From positions 1 to 5,748 of the forward strand of contig JAEOSI010000152.1 of the NCBI GenBank assembly GCA_016840425.1: a stretch of 5,748 nucleotides of DNA. The letters run 5' to 3'. A model generated the notes under the pieces. That model searched no databases and was not told where the DNA came from. It saw only the letters and a program-made list of their open reading frames with translations. Source of the stretch: Candidatus Wukongarchaeum yapensis (GTDB taxonomy: Archaea > Asgardarchaeota > Wukongarchaeia > Wukongarchaeales > Wukongarchaeaceae). Positions 1 through 5,748 of this stretch are shown here, piece after piece (within the stretch, counting starts at the first letter, position 1; each line of letters starts with the position of its first letter). A program made the position numbers and the translations under genes.

Positions 1-2
1 GC

Positions 3-131
3 ATTAGCGGTTGGCTTGTACCTCCCCAGTATTATTGCCCTAAATGTGGTTATATTGGCCCTATTTACTTAGAAATTGAAGTGGAAAAAGAAGTAAAAGA
101 AGAAGTAAAAGAAGAGAAAAATGGGGGATAG
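3..131 (+). CDS. 3' end of a small archaeal Zn-ribbon hypothetical protein (5'-truncated by the window)
   Basis: Frame +3 is open from the edge to TAG at 129-131 and reads ISGWLVPPQYYCPKCGYIGPIYLEIEVEKEVKEEVKEEKNGG*. It has a CPxCGYxGP Zn-knuckle and a charged tail. Not in the ORF track because it has no start in the window. Confidence 0.7.
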   Translation: MSGWLVPPQYYCPKCGYIGPIYLEIEVEKEVKEEVKEEKNGG

Positions 132-190
132 AGTTAGCATTAGGGGGGAAGAGCTTTAAGCTTTTCGAGTTTGACATGGTATTGTGATAG

Positions 191-365
191 GCTCTGTAGA
201 AACCATATGATTTATAGCATGTTCCCTCTCTTTTGTTAGTTTTCCTAAAAATGATCGCCTACAACAGCACCCACAGAACAATAAGAAGTCTCTATAGAAA
301 TAAAAATTTATATAAAAATCCAAAGATTTCTACAGAGCTTTGTGATAGAAAAGTTTTTATAGAGC
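191..365. repeat. Four dispersed copies of a 13-bp motif (consensus KCTCTRTARAAAY), two forward and two reverse
   Basis: 191-203 (+) GCTCTGTAGAAAC; 289-301 (+) TCTCTATAGAAAT; 326-338 (-) GCTCTGTAGAAAT; 353-365 (-) GCTCTATAAAAAC. Positions 191-202 and 327-338 are exact 12-bp reverse complements. Confidence 0.8.
297..314 (+). promoter_or_regulatory. Putative BRE/TATA promoter upstream of tfb
   Basis: An A-rich tract (GAAATAAAAA) directly precedes TTTATATA at 307-314, the archaeal BRE-TATA layout. The expected TSS near 335-340 would imply a ~180-nt leader. Weaker TATA-like alternatives exist at about 407-414 and 490-497. Confidence 0.45.
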
Positions 366-517
366 GGAATTGATAATTACTTTTGTGCTTATCGGTTACT
401 TGGTGTTTTATAAGTTTTACTCTTTTATGTTATAGTTTACAATATAAGAGTACATACTCTCCAATGGTTTGGTTTTGATTTTTTCCATATTTAAAAAAAT
501 TTGTTGAGGAATGTGGG

Positions 518-1468
518 ATGGCTAAGGGTTCTGAATCTGAAAGATTAGAGGGTAATTCTGCGGGTAAAAAGGTCTGTCCTGAGTGTGGTTCTGATAGTTT
601 TATACAGGATGAAACGAGAGCGGAAGTTTGTTGCGGTAATTGTGGATTGATTCTTGACGATAAGATAATGGATTTCGGGCCTGAATGGAGAGCTTTCAAC
701 TCGGAAGAACGGAATCGCAGAAGCAGGGTAGGTTCCCCGATGACTTTGACCGTACACGATAAAGGATTAAGCACGATGATCGGTTTTGAAGACAGAGACA
801 TCTTCGGTAAAAAACTTTCAGCAAGCAAAAGGGCACAAGCCTATAGGCTTAGAAAATGGCAAATCAGGACAAGGGTTCACAGCTCGGTGGATAGAAACTT
901 GGCCCATGCTATGGCAGAACTAGACAGAATATCAAGCCAATTAGGAATACCTAGAAGCGTAAAAGAGACTTCCGCTTTAATGTATCGGAAAGCAATAGAT
1001 AGGCGATTAATAAGGGGAAGATCCATAGAGGCAATGATAGCAGCTACTGTCTACGCAGCTAGTAGGATCAGACACGTTCCTAGAACCTTAGACGAAGTAG
1101 CAGATCAATCAAGAGTTAATAGAAAAGAGTTAGGACGATGTTATCGATTACTTATAAGAGAGCTCAACATAAGTATCCCGCCAGTAAACCCGATAGATTA
1201 TTTGAGCAGGTTTGGCGCAGAATTAAAGCTTTCTGGAGCCTGTCAAAAAAGAGCAGCGGAAATACTTGAAAAAGCGAAAGAAAAAGGATTAACAGCCGGA
1301 AAAGACCCTACAGGGCTTGCAGCAGCCGCAATCTATATAGCGGGGATACAGGAAGGAGAAAGACGTACCCAACGAGAAATAGCTGAAACTGCCAGAGTAA
1401 CAGAAGTAACTGTCCGAAATCGTTATAAAGAACTTGTAAGGCAGCTGGAGATCCATATCGTTGTATAA
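518..1468 (+). CDS. tfb: Transcription initiation factor IIB (TFB)
   Basis: N-terminal Zn ribbon (CPECG...CGNCG), B-reader GPEWRAF, HDKGLST, RLRKWQ, two cyclin repeats (GRSIEAMIAATVYAASR, PRTLDEV, GKDPTGLAAAAIYIA) and a C-terminal HTH (TQREIAETARVTEVTVRNRYKEL). Full length, 316 aa. Confidence 0.98.
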   Translation: MAKGSESERLEGNSAGKKVCPECGSDSFIQDETRAEVCCGNCGLILDDKIMDFGPEWRAFNSEERNRRSRVGSPMTLTVHDKGLSTMIGFEDRDIFGKKLSASKRAQAYRLRKWQIRTRVHSSVDRNLAHAMAELDRISSQLGIPRSVKETSALMYRKAIDRRLIRGRSIEAMIAATVYAASRIRHVPRTLDEVADQSRVNRKELGRCYRLLIRELNISIPPVNPIDYLSRFGAELKLSGACQKRAAEILEKAKEKGLTAGKDPTGLAAAAIYIAGIQEGERRTQREIAETARVTEVTVRNRYKELVRQLEIHIVV

Positions 1469-1473
1469 AATGA

Positions 1474-1534
1474 AAAACAAGAGCACAAAAAAAGCTCACT
1501 ACTATTATTCTTCCTTTTTTTGTTTTTATTATTT
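1474..1534. terminator. Bidirectional oligo(T) terminator region between convergent tfb and map
   Basis: T7 at 1515-1521 followed by further T-runs on + after the tfb stop. A7 at 1487-1493 (T7 on -) lies downstream of the map stop. This fits archaeal poly-U termination. Confidence 0.5.
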
Positions 1535-2491
1535 TTACAATCTTGTAGTTATTTCTGCTCCGTCTTTTGTGATTATTACTGTGTTTTCTGCCTGACTTAC
1601 TAGGACTCCTTTATCTTCTACAAGTACATAGTATTTGTATAGGGCTCCTTTTGAGAGAAGTTCGCGCATGCCTATTTTTACAGTTGATGCGGGAAATTCT
1701 TTTAGAAGCCATCTTTCACAAAATGGGAGGGTTTTGTAGTTCTTATTGATATGTCGGCGGAGGGTTTTTGATGATTTAAAACGTAAGGGTACTCTCATAG
1801 GTAGGAGAGTGTATATTTGGCACTTTGTTTTATCTTCGTGGCTTTTTCCGCTTCCTGTTGTTGCGAATACGTCTAAACCGTAGGCTTCTCCTTCCTCTAC
1901 GGTATGTCCTATGGGGATTTTTATGTTGGGGATATGTTTTGATCCGTGTATTTCGTATCTTTCTAAGGTGTGTCCGGTTAGATCTCTTATGGGTCGGTAT
2001 CCGTATTTTTTAATGGTTTTTTCTATTATTTCGCCGATTTCGTTCGTTTTTGCGTCGGGTTTTAGGGCTTCAACAGTCGCTTTTAAAGCTTCTTCTACAG
2101 CTTCGATTAAGGTCTCATGATCCGGATTCAAACAAACAGAGAAGGCAGCATCGGCTATGAAACCATCTATATGAACCCCGATATCGATTTTAACTAAGTC
2201 TCCTTCCTGAATCGTTGTTTGATCATCGGCAGTAGCGGTATAATGGGCAGCTATATTGTTTATTGAAACGTTGCATGGAAAAGCGTGAAAACCCCCTGCC
2301 TCTATAATCAGCTCCTCGGCTTTTTCACAAATATCTAGTAATTTAGCCCCCGGTACTATAAAGGGCAAAATTTTATCCTTTACTTCAGCCCATATTTTTC
2401 CAGCTTTTCGGTATTTTTCAAATTTCTCTTCAATTGTGAGCTCTTTCTCGTTTTCTTCTTTTGGAGGAATTAACTCTTCTTTTGCAACCAT
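1535..2491 (-). CDS. map: Type II methionine aminopeptidase-fold (M24) protein with an atypical metal site (MetAP2 / Ebp1-like)
   Basis: FPCNVSINNIAAHY (H83), KIDIGVHIDGFIAD (D103, D114), GHTLERYEIHG (H174, H182), a type II helical insertion and QAENTV (E302). The usual AIEPF Glu ligand is Asp (GLDVF, D207). The fold call is secure; aminopeptidase activity is not. Confidence 0.88.
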   Translation of the reverse strand: MVAKEELIPPKEENEKELTIEEKFEKYRKAGKIWAEVKDKILPFIVPGAKLLDICEKAEELIIEAGGFHAFPCNVSINNIAAHYTATADDQTTIQEGDLVKIDIGVHIDGFIADAAFSVCLNPDHETLIEAVEEALKATVEALKPDAKTNEIGEIIEKTIKKYGYRPIRDLTGHTLERYEIHGSKHIPNIKIPIGHTVEEGEAYGLDVFATTGSGKSHEDKTKCQIYTLLPMRVPLRFKSSKTLRRHINKNYKTLPFCERWLLKEFPASTVKIGMRELLSKGALYKYYVLVEDKGVLVSQAENTVIITKDGAEITTRL

Positions 2492-2513
2492 GATATTTTC
2501 AACCCATACGAAA

Positions 2514-2529
2514 GTATATAATTTTTTAT
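2514..2529 (-). promoter_or_regulatory. Putative BRE/TATA promoter of map, probably giving a leaderless mRNA
   Basis: The minus strand reads ATAAAAAATTATATAC, with the TATA (2521-2514) about 26 nt upstream of the ATG at 2491. No SD-like sequence precedes the ATG. Confidence 0.5.
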
Positions 2530-2638
2530 GTGCTATTTTTATTTAATAGTTGGACAAATTTGATTATGGTATTAAGTTTTTCAGCATATTTTTAATATTC
2601 GGTTTCTCAGTTTCTTTTAAATTTTAGATTTTAAGAGA

Positions 2639-3919
2639 ATGTTATTGGCGGGATTTTCTTTGGTATTTGAGACGTTAAATATTGCTTTAAAAGGGCTTTT
2701 GGAATATGATGAATTTGAAGATGACCCTGGCTTTAAAGCTTTAGAATACGAAGAAAGACTCCAGGAGTTAGAGGAATCTGGGGAGGAACATGCGAGTTTA
2801 AAAGTTTTTATTGAGGCTTCAATTGAGATGTTTTATGGCGATTCAAACCTCATAAAAAACGAGTTAGAAACGTCATTAGAAAAGTTTCAAAACGCTTCAA
2901 CGCTTTTTTCCCGTTTTGTAAGGTATAAGGGAGAAGCGGATGAAATACTTGTAAAAGAAGCTTCTCGAAGACAATTTTACTCGATGGGGAAGCTTAACGA
3001 AATAGAAGCAAGGCTGGTTGAACACGAAGACCCAGAAAGGTGCTCAAATGAACTTTTAGAGGCTTTTAAAGCTTTTGAAGAGGAGGAAAAGATTGCAAAA
3101 GAGATTTGCAACATCACGGCTTGGAGTAATTCTAAAGTGAGAAAGAATATTGCAAAAGCACGCGCTTGCGAGATACTTTTTGAAAACTCTTTAGAGAAGG
3201 AGGATCTTGACAGGGCTTTAAAAATGTTACTTCAAGCGATTAGATCTTATAACCGAGGAGGTTTTTTGAGACCTGAGTTCAGGGAGAAGGGCGAAGAGCT
3301 GAGAAGAGAGGTGCGAGAGCTTATAAAACTCAGGCTTAAAGTGTTCATAAAAAGTACGGCAGAAAAATATTGGATGGACGGCATAAAAGCGCAAGATGAA
3401 GGGGAATTTGAAGAGGCTGTTAAAAAGTTTAAAATCGCGAGAAAAGTACATGTAAGACTCTTAGAAATTGCTACGGAGAATGAGAGGGAACTCATGATGG
3501 TCGACGGATTCCTCTACGCTGCGAGTGAGAAGGAAGGATTAGCATACTATTATATGAGAACTCTTCAAGATCCAAATACTGCAAGTATCCCCTTCAAAGA
3601 AGCAGCTAAAATAATAGATGAAGCACAAAACATATCTAAAAAATCGGGAGACGAAAAAGTTATTGAATCCTTTGAAGCTCAAAAAGAATTCTACCTAGGT
3701 ATGAGTGTTCATTGTAAAGGTTTAGGAGAATTCGACGGCAAAAACTATAAAATTGCAGAAGAGCTCTTTTCTGTTGCAGAAGAACACTTCAGAGGAGCGG
3801 AAGGAAAAGCAAAAAAAATCGGTAATGAAATCCTTGTAAAAATAGCTAACAGTATGATGATGGAAACCCAAGGATACAAAGTGATAAGTGTTACAATGTC
3901 AAAAACCATCATAGAATAA
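2639..3919 (+). CDS. Hypothetical all-helical protein with TPR-like repeats (426 aa)
   Basis: Long ORF rich in E/K/A/L, with recurring TPR-like helix pairs: YGDSNLIKNELETSLEKFQNASTLF; DGIKAQDEGEFEEAVKKFKIARKVH; GLAYYYMRTLQDPNTASIPFKEAAKII; KGLGEFDGKNYKIAEELFSVAEEHF. No catalytic motif recognised. The coding call is stronger than the TPR call. Confidence 0.7.
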   Translation: MLLAGFSLVFETLNIALKGLLEYDEFEDDPGFKALEYEERLQELEESGEEHASLKVFIEASIEMFYGDSNLIKNELETSLEKFQNASTLFSRFVRYKGEADEILVKEASRRQFYSMGKLNEIEARLVEHEDPERCSNELLEAFKAFEEEEKIAKEICNITAWSNSKVRKNIAKARACEILFENSLEKEDLDRALKMLLQAIRSYNRGGFLRPEFREKGEELRREVRELIKLRLKVFIKSTAEKYWMDGIKAQDEGEFEEAVKKFKIARKVHVRLLEIATENERELMMVDGFLYAASEKEGLAYYYMRTLQDPNTASIPFKEAAKIIDEAQNISKKSGDEKVIESFEAQKEFYLGMSVHCKGLGEFDGKNYKIAEELFSVAEEHFRGAEGKAKKIGNEILVKIANSMMMETQGYKVISVTMSKTIIE

Positions 3920-3983
3920 AAAATATGGACGAAAAAACCAACTGGATTTTACTATAATTTTATCATTTTTGTAACTATTTTGT

Positions 3984-3990
3984 GGGGTGA
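3984..3990 (+). promoter_or_regulatory. Shine-Dalgarno-like site GGGGTGA
   Basis: Close to the archaeal SD GGAGGTGA and 4 nt upstream of an in-frame TTG at 3995. Confidence 0.5.
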
Positions 3991-3994
3991 AAAA

Positions 3995-4297
3995 TTGCCG
4001 GAAGAAAAAAGCAAATGGAAAACTTGTGAAGATTGTACCGAGATACTTGGAAAACCTATTGAAATGAAGTTTGTTATAGCAAAACTTAAAGAAGATGCTA
4101 CACCTGAGGATATTTTCAGCGGTTGGTTTTGTCCTGAATGTCTGGGTTTTCACCCAGTGAGAATGACGAAATCTGTAGAGATCGAGGTTGATAGCGAACA
4201 TGTTGTCGAGGCGACCACAAGCACAGTAATCTTCTTACCAGAAGAGGATTGGGTTCTTGAAGATAAAACCGAAGAAGCAAGAAAAGCCCTGAAATAA
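3995..4297 (+). CDS. Small Zn-ribbon-like hypothetical protein (~100 aa, probable TTG start)
   Basis: MPEEKSKWKTCEDC...WFCPECLGFHP...: two CxxC pairs and a beta-rich acidic C-terminal half. The start is moved from 3980 (ORF track) to TTG 3995 because of the SD spacing. Confidence 0.7.
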   Translation: MPEEKSKWKTCEDCTEILGKPIEMKFVIAKLKEDATPEDIFSGWFCPECLGFHPVRMTKSVEIEVDSEHVVEATTSTVIFLPEEDWVLEDKTEEARKALK

Positions 4298-4367
4298 AAT
4301 CAGTAAGGGCGAGGATGAATTTTGATCGATGCCTATTAAAGGTGTTTAAATACGAATTCTCTATCTA

Positions 4368-4601
4368 TTATTTTTTCTTGTTCTTTTTCTCTAAAAGATC
4401 GTGAAGAATAACGATCGCCTCTCCTAAACTTATACCCAATCTTAGAGCCAGCTCTTCTGGAGAAATTTCAGGATTTTCTGGGAAAATATGTTCCTCAACA
4501 TAGGATAAATAATGAGGAAACATAGTAATTCTATTCACTGTTTCGCGTAAAATTTCCCAAAGATCCTCTTTTGAAACATTTTTAAGAAACTGATTGCTCA
4601 T
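4368..4601 (-). CDS. Small archaeal hypothetical protein with a C-terminal HTH-like motif (77 aa)
   Basis: MSNQFLKNVSKEDLWEIL...HIFPENPEISPEELALRLGISLGEAIVILHDL. The segment SPEELALRLGISLGEA fits a helix-turn-helix pattern. ATG 4601 is preferred because the extension to 4697 is low-complexity A-rich sequence. Confidence 0.7.
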   Translation of the reverse strand: MSNQFLKNVSKEDLWEILRETVNRITMFPHYLSYVEEHIFPENPEISPEELALRLGISLGEAIVILHDLLEKKNKKK

Positions 4602-4810
4602 CGCTATTTTTGAGCTAGATTCGCTTTTTAGATCCTTAGATTTTTTCTTTTCATCTTTTTTAATAAAAGAGTCAAGGGCGATAAAAAACACCACCAAAAA
4701 TTGATAAACTATGTGAAAAAATAGGGTACGAGAGTTTTAAAACTTTAACAAATATTTTAATAACATTATCAGTTTTTACTTTTTTTGGATTTTTTAAGGA
4801 GCGAAATAGG

Positions 4811-5293
4811 ATGGGGTTTTGGAAAGAAGTTTCTGGAACGACGATAATAATTTTGACTTCCTCATTCTTTTTCGCGATAGCCCTCACCACTATTCTCCAG
4901 ATACAACTCAGGGATTTAATAAACTATGCAGAAGTCTGGACAGGGGGAAATACTGCGGATACTGATGAACTTTTTGGATCTAGCACTTTTCTTTTAGCTG
5001 CTCCCTTTGCTGTGGAAGAAGAATTTGGCACAAAACTCCTTATAATGGGGTTCTTCTCATGGATTTTAGCCTGTTTAGTTGGAGGAAAAATTACAACAAA
5101 CAATTCTACAACTGTAGCAGTAAGCGCAGGAATTTCTATTCTATTTACATCCTTTCTTCTCGGATACATAGCCTTTGGAGCCTCCTTCGAAATCCTCTCA
5201 GTTGTATTAAAGTGTTATGGAAATGGAGGAGCAGTATTTACAACAGTTGTGGCAGGAATAGCTGGAGGTTATTTTGGAAGAGAAAGAACCTAA
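4811..5293 (+). CDS. Hypothetical integral membrane protein (~4 TM helices, 160 aa)
   Basis: Four hydrophobic segments (TTIIILTSSFFFAIALTTIL; LLIMGFFSWILACLVGG; VAVSAGISILFTSFLLGYIAFG; AVFTTVVAGIAGGYFG) with small-residue GxxxG-type motifs. AGGAG lies upstream at 4797-4801. Confidence 0.75.
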   Translation: MGFWKEVSGTTIIILTSSFFFAIALTTILQIQLRDLINYAEVWTGGNTADTDELFGSSTFLLAAPFAVEEEFGTKLLIMGFFSWILACLVGGKITTNNSTTVAVSAGISILFTSFLLGYIAFGASFEILSVVLKCYGNGGAVFTTVVAGIAGGYFGRERT

Positions 5294-5335
5294 AAAAAGC
5301 AAAAAACCCCACCCAAAATCAAAAAATAGTGGAAG
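5292..5335 (-). terminator. Putative oligo(T) terminator of the eL22-like gene
   Basis: Several A-tracts on + (T-tracts on -) immediately downstream of the TAG at 5341-5343. Confidence 0.4.
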
Positions 5336-5340
5336 ATATC

Positions 5341-5748
5341 CTATCCTTCTTCCTCTTCTTCCATCATTTCTTCTATTTCTTCTTCAAGCGCTTCTTCTTC
5401 TTCTTCTAGCTCCTCTTCTTCCATCATTTCTTCTATTTCTTCTTCAAGCGCTTCTTCTTCTATTATTTCTCCCTCTTCTGATGGTATTAAGAGTTCTTTT
5501 TTCTCTTCTTCAATCTTTTCTTTCTCTTCTTCTTCTTCGACTTCAAATGGGCGGTAGAGAATACGGTAAAAGGGTTTTCCAAGAGACACTATTTTACATT
5601 CATGTTTTAAACCGCTTCTGTGGAAATATTTTCTGGTAAAAAATCGTATCAATCGTTTTGAAAAAAACTCTTCCTCATCAGACCTGAAAGTGATATTTGA
5701 ACCATCTATAGCAACTTCTGCAATTCCTTGAAACTTTTCTTTAAGATA
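5341..5748 (-). CDS. rpl22e: eL22 (L22e)-like ribosomal protein with an extended acidic tail (5'-truncated by the window)
   Basis: The frame stays open past the track's start (5652, an internal TTG) to the edge: YLKEKFQGIAEVAIDGSNITFRSDEEEFFSKRLIRFFTRKYFHRSGLKHECKIVSLGKPFYRILYRPFEVEEEEE. This matches the eL22 pattern recalled from eukaryotes: [47 protein letters not shown]. Confidence 0.78.
   Translation of the reverse strand, partial: YLKEKFQGIAEVAIDGSNITFRSDEEEFFSKRLIRFFTRKYFHRSGLKHECKIVSLGKPFYRILYRPFEVEEEEEKEKIEEEKKELLIPSEEGEIIEEEALEEEIEEMMEEEELEEEEEALEEEIEEMMEEEEEG
5351..5461. repeat. 60-bp-period tandem duplication in the eL22-like tail
   Basis: 5351-5401 and 5411-5461 are identical over 51 bp. 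Each copy encodes EEEALEEEIEEMMEEEE on the minus strand. Confidence 0.95.

Noticed and set aside
81-119. Short GAAGTAAAAGAA repeats at the end of the first gene
   Set aside because: Ordinary low-complexity coding for an EVKE-type charged tail.
148-166. 8-bp hairpin GAAGAGCT-TTA-AGCTTTTC after the first gene
   Set aside because: Weak AT-rich stem with a G-U pair and a 3-nt loop, which could easily arise by chance.
121-186. 21-codon ORF (MGDRVSIRGKSFKLFEFDMVL) overlapping the stop of the first gene
   Set aside because: Too short, no motif and no independent evidence of coding.
191-365. Repeat cluster as a degenerate CRISPR array or as IS/MITE ends
   Set aside because: Units are only 13 bp, in mixed orientation and irregularly spaced. 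There are no cas or transposase genes and no evident target-site duplication.
430-1499. Minus-strand ORFs 430-828, 545-757, 1289-1486 and 1308-1499
   Set aside because: Antisense shadows of the well-supported tfb gene, with no recognisable motifs.
1825-2120. Plus-strand ORFs 1825-2013 and 1911-2120
   Set aside because: Fully antisense to map. Their hydrophobic or Arg-rich composition is what the reverse complement of an A-rich gene produces.
3227-4201. Minus-strand ORFs 3227-3451, 3247-3495 and 3899-4201
   Set aside because: Antisense to better-supported plus-strand genes, with the Phe/Ser-rich composition typical of shadow frames.
4602-4697. Longer N-terminus for the HTH-like gene, as given in the ORF track
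   Set aside because: The extension is low-complexity A-rich promoter-like sequence; ATG 4601 gives a compact domain.
4672-5639. ORFs 4672-4890, 4924-5169, 5059-5409 and 5274-5639, including the Leu-rich repeat LLPSFLLFLLQALLLLL
   Set aside because: They overlap the membrane-protein or eL22-like genes. The apparent hydrophobic repeat is only the antisense reading of the GAA-rich acidic tail.
1-5748. tRNA, rRNA, mobile-element or defence-system genes
   Set aside because: No cloverleaf, rRNA-like, integrase/transposase or known defence-domain motifs were seen on either strand.

Overview
Compact, AT-rich archaeal window, most likely from an Asgard archaeon (inferred from an eL22-like ribosomal protein and the TFB sequence type). 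In order it contains: the 3' end of a small Zn-ribbon gene; a 386-bp intergenic region with four copies of a 13-bp motif around a strong TATA box; tfb; a convergent type II methionine aminopeptidase-fold gene; a divergent 426-aa TPR-like helical orphan; a small CxxC..CxxC protein; a small HTH-like protein; a 4-TM membrane protein; and, truncated at the window edge, an eL22 (L22e)-like gene with a 67-aa Glu-rich tail expanded by a 60-bp tandem duplication. The main leads are (1) a MetAP with a Glu->Asp change at a metal-ligand position plus other features recalling the eukaryotic pseudo-peptidase Ebp1/PA2G4, (2) the eL22 homolog that the ORF track hides, and (3) the repeated operator- or ORB-like motif upstream of tfb. 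All family comparisons rest on recalled motifs, not database searches.
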